Positions 9,544 through 19,160 of a stretch of DNA of 64,000 nucleotides are shown here, one piece after another. How positions within the stretch are numbered: the first letter of the stretch is position 1; each line of letters starts with the position of its first letter. The notes beneath the pieces were generated by a model. That model did not search any database. It was not told the DNA's origin and saw only the letters and a program-made list of their open reading frames with translations. A program made the position numbers and the translations under genes. Source of the DNA: a virus; IMG/VR virus record IMGVR_UViG_3300023179_000062, positions 21,487 through 85,486 of that record. One strand, given 5' to 3'.

Positions 9544-11793
9544 ATGAACACTGTTGACAGAACAATATCCAGCTTACCCTATGTAAAATCACTATTTGGG
9601 GATAATGAGATTCAAAAAATTAATGATAAATATAACATTTTTAATGGTCCCGGTGTAACAAAAGATAAACAGGTTCAACGACTATCCATTACTAATCAGT
9701 TTGATAATCAGATGGAATATACCACTAATGGCGGGCGTGTTCCTAATCTGTTCTATCATCAATTGATGAGCGGAATTAGTTCCGAAAACAAAAAGCGTCG
9801 TATAATTGATTTCAGAAGCATGTCCCAATACCCAAAAGTAGAAAATGCGGTGAGAGAAATATGTAACGAAATGTTTGAAAGGGATGATAAAGGGGAAACA
9901 TTTAAATGCCGTCTCCGTGGAGATTACAATGATGAGGTTCGTTCCTTAATTGAGAAAGAATTCCAGAAATTTCTGAATATTTATAAATTCGAAGAAAAGG
10001 GGTGGCAATATGCTCGCGACTGGATTACAGAAGGTGAACTTTTCTTTGAAAATATTGTGTCGGCTAAACAGACTGAATTAGGTATTATAGGTACAACACG
10101 AATTGCCGCAGAACGTATTGATCCTCTTTATTACGATCTTGATAATGAACTTATTGATTGTTTCATCATGAGAACTAAAGAACATGATGACTATCCGTAT
10201 CAATGGGGTAAATTTACTGCACAAAGCTCAATTAGTTCTGGCAGACAACATCAACCGATGTTTTTAAATGACAAACAGATAACCTACATTAGTAATGATC
10301 AGTGGGAAACTACTGGTAAAAAATTCCGTATTCCTATTCTTGCACATGCACAAGGACCATATAGACAGTTGAGTCTTATCGAAGATGCAACTGTTATCTA
10401 TATGTTAGTTCGCGCTCCTGAAAGATTGGTGTTTAATATTGATACAGGGAATCTTCCTGCCGCACAAGCAGAGAAATATATGAAACGAATGATGGCAAGT
10501 TTCTGGTCAAAGAAAACAGTTGGACAGGATGGTAGAATAGAAAACGTTTATGACCCACAGGGGATGTTAGAAAATTATTGGTTCCCTAAAGGACGTGATG
10601 GTTCAGGCTCCACAGTAGAAAGCGTTGGTGGTGGCAAACAATCCGCCGATAATCTTGACACATTGAACTATTTCGTTCAATGTTTATATACTGCATTACA
10701 TGTACCTCTTGGTCGTTTAAATTCTGAAACAGCATTCAGTGATGGGGAAAACATCACTAGAGAAGAATTGCGTTTTGCAGAATTCATCATAACTATTCAG
10801 AAACTATGGGCAAGTGCTATTAAGAAAACTTTCATAGTTCATTTAAAACTTAGAGGTAGACAACTTCTGGAACAGGCGAAGAAATATAAAGTAAATGATA
10901 TTAAAGTTCCTAATAAGAACGATCCCAATGCTAAAGAAACATTGAAAGTTACAAATATTTTCAAAGATAATTTCAATAATAAATGTTGGGATTATTATGA
11001 TATTTTATCGGAAACTATAACAGATAAAATACAGGCTACTAAGAAATCGTTAGAGGAAGACCGCGAAAAATTATATGCTCGATCATTATTAATTAATGAA
11101 GAGTTGTTTGAGTTGGATACACAGTTAATCACTGAATCTGATAATTTGTTAGTTAATAAAATTGAAGATAGCAAAGCTCGTTTAATCACTGAGTCAGAAA
11201 CATCAGCAAAAACTTTAGAATTCATAGATGGAAAAATTAAAGAAATCGAAGATGAAGGTGTAAGTTGGTGGGAACAATACGATATTCAGGAAGAGGATAT
11301 TGATGTTAAAATGAATGAACCTACACAGTTCTTCCAAATTAGAGAGCAACAAATTTTCCAACAAAAATTAGACAACTACACCAATATTGCATCACAAGAT
11401 TTCATCAGTGCTACCTTTGCACAGAAGATGTGGTTTGGTATGAGCGATGAAGAGATATTAGCTAATAGATCATTGATGCAAAAAGATGCAGCATTTAGAT
11501 GGGAATTAGCACAGATCGAAGCAAATGGTCCCGATTTCAGAGAAAAAGCACTACAGGAAATGGAAGACACTCTTGCAGGTGGAGACGATATGGGTGGATT
11601 AGATGGTGGAGGTGGTTTACCATCCGGTGGTGGCGGAGGCGGTCTTCCAACTGGTGGTGGTGGCGGAGACACTAGTTTACCAGCATTCGGAGCACCCCCT
11701 GAAGGTGATGTATCCCAAGGTGGAGAATCCTCGCCACAAGCAGATACAGGCGGAGAAAAAACAGCGGCCCCGCCGCCACCACCACCTAAGTAA
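9544..11793 (+). CDS. gp20: portal vertex protein with internal insertion
   Basis: QLSLIEDATVIYMLVRAPERLVFNIDTGNLP..AEKYM, MLENYWFP and ITREELRF are T4 gp20 signatures; Gly/Pro-rich tail. Confidence 0.96.
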   Translation: MNTVDRTISSLPYVKSLFGDNEIQKINDKYNIFNGPGVTKDKQVQRLSITNQFDNQMEYTTNGGRVPNLFYHQLMSGISSENKKRRIIDFRSMSQYPKVENAVREICNEMFERDDKGETFKCRLRGDYNDEVRSLIEKEFQKFLNIYKFEEKGWQYARDWITEGELFFENIVSAKQTELGIIGTTRIAAERIDPLYYDLDNELIDCFIMRTKEHDDYPYQWGKFTAQSSISSGRQHQPMFLNDKQITYISNDQWETTGKKFRIPILAHAQGPYRQLSLIEDATVIYMLVRAPERLVFNIDTGNLPAAQAEKYMKRMMASFWSKKTVGQDGRIENVYDPQGMLENYWFPKGRDGSGSTVESVGGGKQSADNLDTLNYFVQCLYTALHVPLGRLNSETAFSDGENITREELRFAEFIITIQKLWASAIKKTFIVHLKLRGRQLLEQAKKYKVNDIKVPNKNDPNAKETLKVTNIFKDNFNNKCWDYYDILSETITDKIQATKKSLEEDREKLYARSLLINEELFELDTQLITESDNLLVNKIEDSKARLITESETSAKTLEFIDGKIKEIEDEGVSWWEQYDIQEEDIDVKMNEPTQFFQIREQQIFQQKLDNYTNIASQDFISATFAQKMWFGMSDEEILANRSLMQKDAAFRWELAQIEANGPDFREKALQEMEDTLAGGDDMGGLDGGGGLPSGGGGGGLPTGGGGGDTSLPAFGAPPEGDVSQGGESSPQADTGGEKTAAPPPPPPK

Positions 11794-11813
11794 ATTATGA
11801 ATAAATAGTAGTA

Positions 11814-13907
11814 ATGAATAATATAGTTCCAGATGGTTTTGGTAGTACTTTCCTAAGTCCGATAATTAATAATTATGCGGACTTAGTATATAGATGTAAG
11901 TCCTTGCTTGGATTTCCTATTCAAAATGATGAATTAACCGATGCCCAATGGGCGGTTATTATTGATGAGGCAATTGAAAATTATACAACTTGGGGCGGCG
12001 GTTCCAAGGAAGAGTATCTCATTTTCTGTGCAAACATGTATAAGCAAGGATGTGGTGTCAAGTTAGATGATCTAATCTCTGTAGGATGTAATAGTCAATA
12101 TTGTAACGTCACAACAGTTGTTTCTGCGGTTACTTCATTGGTTACAACTTATGATTTAATTGATACTAAATCTGCCTTTCTATCTGTTACTCCATTTTCT
12201 TATCCATCATTTGTAGATAATACAAATCCTTATAGCATTGCTTATAGTGGTGTAAGTGGTCAATACATGTACTTGTATTTCGATCCTAAGAATCCATGGA
12301 ATGCTAACACAGTTTGTAACTTAGATTGTGTTCAGCTTAATCCAATCAATTCTCAGTGGTTTCAACTTAGTGGAAATCCGTCATTATCGGCATTGACTTT
12401 TGATTTTGTTAATGATGCAACTCTATCACCGTTGGCATCAGCCGTTTCTGCGATTCCCGGTTATTCCTTAGACTCTATCCCGTTATCAGCAATGGGGAAT
12501 CTATTATCAATTATCCCTACATCTTATTATGATGTTGCATCATTCTATCCATCAAACATTCCATTTGGTCCTCCTTTAGAAGCATGTTTAGAAATTGGTG
12601 GGGGTAGTGGTTACATTTTCCCTAAATGTAATACTCGTCTCATAAATGCATGTTCGGCACTATCTTCCCAATACAATATTTCACCTGCATATGATTATGT
12701 GCTTGCAACTGAGACTATTTCCGCTGTAACAGTTCAAACGAGTTCTGTTGATTTTCCTACCATATCTGCGTATTTCGATTTGTTCTGTAGCGATTGTAAC
12801 TGTAACTGTGCAGCTATTTCATCAATTAATTGGTCAACTTCCGCAGTAGATTTCTTACTGTTCAGAAATGTTATCAGTGGTAGCGATGGTGTTATTTGGG
12901 ATTTATCTGCTACTGACATCAGTAAAGCTACCCATGTTAAGCTTAATAATGTGCCTATCTGTGCGGGCGGTGATTCTATTCCTTTGAACTCTAATAACGG
13001 AATTTATAGTAATTTCACTCTATGTAATTCGGCCCTTAGTACTAATGGTAAGATGTACCTTGAAAGTGTTCAATTCTTAAAAGATTTCAAACCAGATACA
13101 AATGCCTTATATGATACTCATTGCGGATGGAATAATAATGGATTCACTTTGAATTATTACATTAGTGCTAATTCCGACTGTATCCGTCATACTCCTGATA
13201 AAATTCCAGTTGATATTTCTTTTTATAAGAAAACCCAATCTACCGAAGTTGGTGAAGTTTCGTCATATTACAGCTATAATTATGATTACGGCCTTAATCG
13301 TAAACGTAAGATTTATGGTGTTTTCAGTTTAGATAATGCCAACAACACCGGAAGTTATGGTGGTTATGGTTCTGATTTACTTTTCAATTTTGATTATGCG
13401 CTTCTAGCTTCTACCTTCGGATACAATCTACAAGGATCAAGAATAACCGCTGGTGGTGGATATGATCTTGTCACATATCATTTAGCTCGTTCTTTCGTAG
13501 AACAGAGCAAGAAAATGCTTCGTTATATTTCTTATCAATGGGATGAAAGAACTCAATATTTGAAAATGACTCCCGAACCTCCACTAAGTCAACAAAATGG
13601 TGGTACTTGTTGCAGTTCTAGTGTCATTGGTGCTTACAATAACCAATGTTATCTTATTGGTGTATATGTTGAAGCGCCTGTTCAAGAGTTACTTTCTACC
13701 TATTTCGTTAGAGAATATACCCTTGCAAGAGCAAAACAAGTTATTGGAAATATTCGTTCCAAATATGGTGCTGTTACCCTTTATGGTGGTGCAACTTTGG
13801 ATGGCGCAACCCTAGTTCAGGATGGTACTGGTCGCATTGAAACTCTTATGAAAGAATTAAGAAACGAATCGTATTATACCGCGCCCGCCAGTTTTTATAT
13901 TCATTGA
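11814..13907 (+). CDS. gp13: neck protein (gp13-like) with large insertion
   Basis: N-terminal LLGFPIQNDELTDAQ...IDEAIE and C-terminal FVREYTLARAKQVIG..RSKY..V.L.GG.TLDG match gp13. Confidence 0.85.
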   Translation: MNNIVPDGFGSTFLSPIINNYADLVYRCKSLLGFPIQNDELTDAQWAVIIDEAIENYTTWGGGSKEEYLIFCANMYKQGCGVKLDDLISVGCNSQYCNVTTVVSAVTSLVTTYDLIDTKSAFLSVTPFSYPSFVDNTNPYSIAYSGVSGQYMYLYFDPKNPWNANTVCNLDCVQLNPINSQWFQLSGNPSLSALTFDFVNDATLSPLASAVSAIPGYSLDSIPLSAMGNLLSIIPTSYYDVASFYPSNIPFGPPLEACLEIGGGSGYIFPKCNTRLINACSALSSQYNISPAYDYVLATETISAVTVQTSSVDFPTISAYFDLFCSDCNCNCAAISSINWSTSAVDFLLFRNVISGSDGVIWDLSATDISKATHVKLNNVPICAGGDSIPLNSNNGIYSNFTLCNSALSTNGKMYLESVQFLKDFKPDTNALYDTHCGWNNNGFTLNYYISANSDCIRHTPDKIPVDISFYKKTQSTEVGEVSSYYSYNYDYGLNRKRKIYGVFSLDNANNTGSYGGYGSDLLFNFDYALLASTFGYNLQGSRITAGGGYDLVTYHLARSFVEQSKKMLRYISYQWDERTQYLKMTPEPPLSQQNGGTCCSSSVIGAYNNQCYLIGVYVEAPVQELLSTYFVREYTLARAKQVIGNIRSKYGAVTLYGGATLDGATLVQDGTGRIETLMKELRNESYYTAPASFYIH

Positions 13908-13974
13908 CCCCTCCTTCCTTTTTTATTGGACGTAGTAAATTATTATTTTTAATAATAAAATTATAAATACACAT

Positions 13975-14274
13975 ATGACTCCAGAGTTTGATAAATTTAT
14001 TCAAGAGATATTAACAGAGGCTAAACGATGTCAAGGCCCATCTCTTCGCCAATTAAGTGATAAAGCAAGGTACCGTTTCATGGCATGTCGGGAAAATCCA
14101 TACTCGCCGGGGTACAAAAGAATTTATTGGGGACATAAGGATGGGTCATTTGATTATACAAAATGTTTACGAAATCCTAGACCGGGAACAAGTGCCTATG
14201 AAGAATGTAAGGATATACAACGTGCTCGGCTCAAAAGATTGAAAAGATTACGTAGATTAAAAAATAGAAAATAA
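13975..14274 (+). CDS. small basic hypothetical protein, candidate internal head protein
   Basis: TATAAATA at 13962-13969; leader MTPEFDKFIQEILTE; Arg/Lys-rich tail. Confidence 0.7.
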   Translation: MTPEFDKFIQEILTEAKRCQGPSLRQLSDKARYRFMACRENPYSPGYKRIYWGHKDGSFDYTKCLRNPRPGTSAYEECKDIQRARLKRLKRLRRLKNRK

Positions 14275-14277
14275 AAT

Positions 14278-14433
14278 ATGAATTTCTTAGAATTATTAAT
14301 GTGTGAAGAGGATGATGCCGGAATAATGGTTATGCCAGATATTAATCAATTTCATGATGATGCCATATATATTACAGATTTTAGTAAATCATTAAATCTC
14401 TACCAACCGGACGATTGTACCATAGAATCCTAA
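14278..14433 (+). CDS. small acidic ORF (51 aa), not in the ORF track
   Basis: MNFLELLMCEEDDAG... read directly; its end overlaps the convergent PAS gene. Confidence 0.3.
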   Translation: MNFLELLMCEEDDAGIMVMPDINQFHDDAIYITDFSKSLNLYQPDDCTIES

Positions 14434-15027
14434 AACCTTCCCGTCAATTGATTTATGGGCAACAGCGGTTGTTCTAACTCTGAATCTTTTTTTAGTATTA
14501 TGGTTCATAACAGTGTATTCCGCTTCATATGGAATATCAAGCGCAATGCTCTCGTTCCATTGTTTCCATACATATGCACGATCATCGCCTAACACACCTG
14601 ATAACCATCCACTACCTAGACAGTCTTCAAAGGTAAGACCGAACATATCACATAATGCTTTATTAACCCATGTACATTCTCCATTTGGAGCACATTCGTA
14701 TGCACCTGTGGTGATTAAATTATTAGCAATCATTTTGGAGCGTAACTCTGCTAAAGACACTGCATCATTAATTCTATTAATTTGATCTTTTATAGATTTT
14801 CCTCCATTTTTAGAGAATTCATTTTTTAATGAATTTATAATAGGTAAAACTTCTTCGTTTAAGGTTTTACATATCGCTGCTTGCTCGTCCACATGATTTT
14901 TTGTAAAATCTAGTATTTTCCGTATAGGTGTAATTATTAGTTTCCAGCCACCCCATAGAACACCTATTAAAGTGACAAGCCCCACTAAAATCTCTATTGC
15001 TGCTTGTAAAATTAATAATGTTTCCAT
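14392..15027 (-). CDS. membrane-anchored PAS-domain protein (holin-like candidate)
   Basis: One N-terminal TM helix, coiled coil with NGGKSIKD, PAS motif G.CTWVN.A...MFG....D.LG.GW....DDR..V...W; late box 15036-15041. Confidence 0.8.
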   Translation of the reverse strand: METLLILQAAIEILVGLVTLIGVLWGGWKLIITPIRKILDFTKNHVDEQAAICKTLNEEVLPIINSLKNEFSKNGGKSIKDQINRINDAVSLAELRSKMIANNLITTGAYECAPNGECTWVNKALCDMFGLTFEDCLGSGWLSGVLGDDRAYVWKQWNESIALDIPYEAEYTVMNHNTKKRFRVRTTAVAHKSIDGKVLGFYGTIVRLVEI

Positions 15028-15063
15028 GTATAATTTATTTATAAATACACGATAAACATATGA

Positions 15064-15252
15064 TTATTCTTCGTATTTTTTAATTATGTTAGCAACCATT
15101 TCCAGAGTCTCTTTCAAAATATCTGCGTCCTGTAATGTTATAGTTAATGGACTTTTATTTAAAATATTTACTAAATGGCTCCAATGCGCAAGTAATTGAT
15201 TTTTTGATATAGGCGTCGATGTATTAGGAAGATTATCCATGATATTATTCAA
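15064..15252 (-). CDS. hypothetical protein
   Basis: 62 aa, coupled to the upstream ORF. Confidence 0.5.
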   Translation of the reverse strand: MNNIMDNLPNTSTPISKNQLLAHWSHLVNILNKSPLTITLQDADILKETLEMVANIIKKYEE

Positions 15253-15559
15253 TATTTATTGTGCCTGTATCATCAATGCTATAATTTATAGTAGGTGTAA
15301 AATCTTCTGAAGATATTGCAGTAGGGTCCAGCATAGTTATAGCTTGTAACAATAGAGTAAAACGATTAAATGCTAGTTGACCATTTGTTCCCAACTCTTT
15401 TGCTATTTCTTGAGGTGTTACTCGATCATTTTTCCAAAATAATTCAAAGGCGGTTGTCGCTTTTTGAACTAACTCTGTTACAATAGAAGTATTTAATTGT
15501 TGCATAGTTTCCAATGCTTCTTGTGCGGGTGTCAGTCTTGGAGGAGTGAATAGTATCAT
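15245..15559 (-). CDS. hypothetical protein downstream of fibre genes (possible fibre chaperone)
   Basis: 104 aa; late box 15565-15570; function inferred from position only. Confidence 0.55.
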   Translation of the reverse strand: MILFTPPRLTPAQEALETMQQLNTSIVTELVQKATTAFELFWKNDRVTPQEIAKELGTNGQLAFNRFTLLLQAITMLDPTAISSEDFTPTINYSIDDTGTINIE

Positions 15560-15583
15560 AATAATATTTATTGTATTAAATAA

Positions 15584-16471
15584 TTAATTACAAACCCAAT
15601 TAGTCCCATTATAAAATACTGGAGTGATTATTGCTCCCCCACCCACCACCGCTACCAAATAAGAAGGAGCTAGAGCATCGGTAACAAAGGCGGTATCACC
15701 TCGAGTACCTGTAGGTAAGGTTTCTACAGTATAGCCTTTTAATCTGGCTGTGGAACTATATATTACGGGATAATTAAATGTGGTATTCCCCGTGGTTCCG
15801 TCGATTGATACACGAGAAGTATTGTTAGTTATTAATTGTAAATCTCTATAGTTTCCTCCTCCGCTTCCTGCCTGTGTACCCACTTGAAATATGTTGGATG
15901 TCCATGCTAACACGCCAGTCTCGTAGTTGGTACTTGATGTCCATGTATTATATATTCGCACTGTTTGAGCATTGGTGGTAGTTTGTCCCCTAATTTCTAA
16001 TGTATTTGCAATATATCCAGACAACCCGGTACTAGATACCCCCCGCCAATGCAACACCCATGAATCCCATATCTGCACACCGCCACCATTGCCGGTGGTG
16101 ACGCTGGGGTGTACTAGTAATATGCCGTCTCCTAGTTGATCCCCGCCATTATCACCATATCCATAAACTGTACGAATAGCTGCCTTGCCTGTAGTATCTA
16201 AACTATAAATTGAAGTACCGGTGGTGTTTTTATAATCAACTATGTTGCCTGCAAAAGATGTAGGTGTAACTGATCCAAAAATAGTACCAGATGCATGCCA
16301 TGAAGTAGGTGCTGCAACATTTCTAGGTTTAAAATAGAAATGAGGAGTGTTGGTGGTTGTGCTACCTCTGGTGTAAGGCAAACCTGTTAATAAACATGCA
16401 GGTGTATTTGCTCCACTATCAAAATCATTGATAGGGAAAGTCGTAAAAGGTGTATGGAACAAATGAGTCAT
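15584..16471 (-). CDS. tail fibre/receptor-binding-like protein
   Basis: Thr/Gly-rich; C-terminal YTV.TLP...G..AFVTDA...PVFYNGTNW module typical of fibre ends; TAATG coupling at 16471. Confidence 0.65.
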   Translation of the reverse strand: MTHLFHTPFTTFPINDFDSGANTPACLLTGLPYTRGSTTTNTPHFYFKPRNVAAPTSWHASGTIFGSVTPTSFAGNIVDYKNTTGTSIYSLDTTGKAAIRTVYGYGDNGGDQLGDGILLVHPSVTTGNGGGVQIWDSWVLHWRGVSSTGLSGYIANTLEIRGQTTTNAQTVRIYNTWTSSTNYETGVLAWTSNIFQVGTQAGSGGGNYRDLQLITNNTSRVSIDGTTGNTTFNYPVIYSSTARLKGYTVETLPTGTRGDTAFVTDALAPSYLVAVVGGGAIITPVFYNGTNWVCN

Positions 16472-16887
16472 TAGTATTTTCCGCCAATTATAGTTACATA
16501 GTATCCTGCTGCTACTGTTGTCCCTATAGTTACATTTAATTTATAACCCGGTGGTAAAGCAAAATTTAATATAATCTCTTGGTTAGTTAATTGAGCAACT
16601 TCTGAATTAGTGGTTGCGGGTAATGTTATGTCTTCATATAAAATATTATTTGCGGCTGTTGCATTGGTGCCACCATTATTGATAAAAACACGCGCAACTG
16701 TTGCAACATTAGTTCCTGCTGCACGGAAACGAATTTTCTGAACATATCCCCCATTTGTTGCATCTGCTGTGAATGCTGTTAACACTGTTCCTGTTCCATC
16801 CTTTGCAGTGTTTGCTGTTGTGATTGCTGTTGTTCCCCATTGAATATCTGGAGATAATGTATAAATTGGATTGGTATTTGCAGCCAT
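16471..16887 (-). CDS. virion structural protein (fibre-associated)
   Basis: MAANTNPIY...ANTAKDGTGT...VARVFIN...GGKY pattern seen in phage fibre loci; late box 16898-16903. Confidence 0.6.
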   Translation of the reverse strand: MAANTNPIYTLSPDIQWGTTAITTANTAKDGTGTVLTAFTADATNGGYVQKIRFRAAGTNVATVARVFINNGGTNATAANNILYEDITLPATTNSEVAQLTNQEIILNFALPPGYKLNVTIGTTVAAGYYVTIIGGKY

Positions 16888-16907
16888 AGTATATTACTAT
16901 TTATCTC

Positions 16908-19142
16908 TTAATATGTCATTGCTGTATTGACCATAGCCAATATTTTTCCCATTGATACTCCTTGCCATGTAGTTGCACTGTTAGATCGAACAGTAGTATA
17001 TACATTATTCCAATTAGCACTTAATGTATTAACATTAGAATAAACACTTGAATTGTTAGCAGATTGTGTATTAGTTGAGGTATATACTGAATTATTATTT
17101 GCACTTTGAGTGGAAAATGATGTGTAGGTGTTTTGCCAACTAGCTGTCAATGATTTAACATCAGTTCCCTGATAATTCCATTGAACGGCTGAATTAGTAT
17201 TAACAGTGGAATAAACCGACATATTATTCGCACTATTAGAATTGGTATTAGAATAAACTGAATTCCAGTTAGCACTATTAGAATTTACTGTAGTAAAATT
17301 ACTTAGATTATTTGCACTCTGTGTATTTAGAGTGGTGTATGATGAATTTACATTATCTACAACAGTGGTTAAACCACTAATCTTTGATTGATTTATATTT
17401 GCAGCAGAGGCAACATCTACGTCAACTAAAAGAGAAGCAGGTGTTTGTGTAACCCCGTCAACAACTTTTACTAACCCTGTTCCTCCGACAAAAGGTATAG
17501 TAGAGTGTAAATGTGATGGAGTGGAATCCCCAAATGCCAATGTTACAGTTTTATTATTGGCAGTTGCTTTTGCTCCAATTTCTACATATATTCTATCAGA
17601 TAATGATACAGTTTTCTGTGGAACTAAACACGACATTGACTGCTGAATAAATATTCCATTATTAGTTAATACTGCATCATTGGATGTGGAAAGTAAAACA
17701 GGCGCATTTATTCCATCATAAGTATAAACTATTACCTGTAATACGGTTGGATTATTAGTATTGGCATTGGAATATCCCCATACATTAAAATCCCAAATAC
17801 CACCGGGTATAGTAGTAGTGTTCGGGTCTAACGCATCTGTTACAAAACCGGCAATCAATGTATAATTGAGTTGTGAAACAACTCCACTTGTATATATTGT
17901 TTGAGCACTTAATCCTAAACTTCCTAATTGCTTTGCAGTTAAGGGAAGATTGGTTGTGGGTGATTGTGCTAATATGGCTTGATTGAAATAATATATTTTT
18001 CCCCCTCCTGATCCACCAGTCCCCGAGGCCCATGTTGCAGAATTAGTATTAACTGTGGTATATACAGAAACATTATTTGCACTATTACTATTAGTAGTGG
18101 AATATACTGATAAATTATTAGCCGATTGAGTGCTAAAATTAGTAAAAGTATTTTGCCAATTACCTGTAAGAGATTTGATATCCGTTCCTTGATAATTCCA
18201 ATTTGATGCGGAATTACTATTAACAGTTGTGTAAACTGATGCATTATTGGCAGATTGTGTATTAAAAGAACTATATACATTATTCCATTTATTACTGTCG
18301 CCACCTGTAACAGTAATAACCCCATTAACATCTAATTTTGTGGTAGGAGTTATTGTGCCAATACCAACATTACCAATATTTTCTGTTAATATTAAATTTG
18401 TATTAGGATTAATTGTAATATTATTGCCTGCCCCTATGCCAAAATCTCCATAGGAATTTCCTATATTCGCAGAATCTATATTAAAATATAAAGGGTCGTT
18501 ATTAATTCCTATACTGCCAGTCAATTTGCCACCACTTAAAGGAAGATATGTTGAATCGGTAAATTCCTTTGTTACAAGCGTGGCAGAAGCACTATTCCAT
18601 GAAGAAAATGCATCGTTCCAATTAGCAGAATTTGTATATACTTCTGTGAGAACAGATGAATCTATTCCTACTCCAGTTAGGGTTGCCCCGTTCCAATCAA
18701 GCATAACATCTCCATTAGCATTATGTAATATACGCGCATTGGGATCAATGCTATTAATATTACTGCTATCTAAAATATTAGAACCTGATAAAAATGATAA
18801 AGGAGAACCTAGCGGAAGTGTTCGAACGGTTGATCCGTCTTGTTCATAATTAGTTAACCGACCTGCTTGATAATTTAATTCATAGTCAAGTGAACAGCGC
18901 AAGGAAATACCTTTATTTCCGCCAGTAAATTGATCAGTAGTTCCTTGAACCAATCTTGATCCATTTTGAAATGATATGGCGGCACTCTCAGACATAGTTC
19001 CACCTGATAAAGGAAGATACCCGTTTTGAATATTATCTATTGTGGCACTAATTAAATTAAAATTACTTTGAACATCTGTTGATATAGATGTTCCAAATTT
19101 TCGATTTAATTCTGCTTGAAGATTTTGTTGTTCAGGTGTCAT
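16908..19142 (-). CDS. tail fibre protein with internal repeats
   Basis: YLPLSGG twice, GNVGIGT..P..KLDVNG, two blocks of (S/T)QSANN.SVY.T.N.NSA repeats. Confidence 0.75.
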   Translation of the reverse strand: MTPEQQNLQAELNRKFGTSISTDVQSNFNLISATIDNIQNGYLPLSGGTMSESAAISFQNGSRLVQGTTDQFTGGNKGISLRCSLDYELNYQAGRLTNYEQDGSTVRTLPLGSPLSFLSGSNILDSSNINSIDPNARILHNANGDVMLDWNGATLTGVGIDSSVLTEVYTNSANWNDAFSSWNSASATLVTKEFTDSTYLPLSGGKLTGSIGINNDPLYFNIDSANIGNSYGDFGIGAGNNITINPNTNLILTENIGNVGIGTITPTTKLDVNGVITVTGGDSNKWNNVYSSFNTQSANNASVYTTVNSNSASNWNYQGTDIKSLTGNWQNTFTNFSTQSANNLSVYSTTNSNSANNVSVYTTVNTNSATWASGTGGSGGGKIYYFNQAILAQSPTTNLPLTAKQLGSLGLSAQTIYTSGVVSQLNYTLIAGFVTDALDPNTTTIPGGIWDFNVWGYSNANTNNPTVLQVIVYTYDGINAPVLLSTSNDAVLTNNGIFIQQSMSCLVPQKTVSLSDRIYVEIGAKATANNKTVTLAFGDSTPSHLHSTIPFVGGTGLVKVVDGVTQTPASLLVDVDVASAANINQSKISGLTTVVDNVNSSYTTLNTQSANNLSNFTTVNSNSANWNSVYSNTNSNSANNMSVYSTVNTNSAVQWNYQGTDVKSLTASWQNTYTSFSTQSANNNSVYTSTNTQSANNSSVYSNVNTLSANWNNVYTTVRSNSATTWQGVSMGKILAMVNTAMTY

Positions 19143-19160
19143 TATCTAATTATTTAATAT

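Noticed and set aside
10858-11259. Intein in the portal (also considered for terminase and primase)
   Set aside because: No C/S-start or HN-C/S/T junction and no LAGLIDADG motifs; terminase and primase are of normal length
11575-11790. GC-rich GGT/GGC and CCA repeats
   Set aside because: They simply encode the Gly/Pro low-complexity portal tail, which is common in T4-like portals
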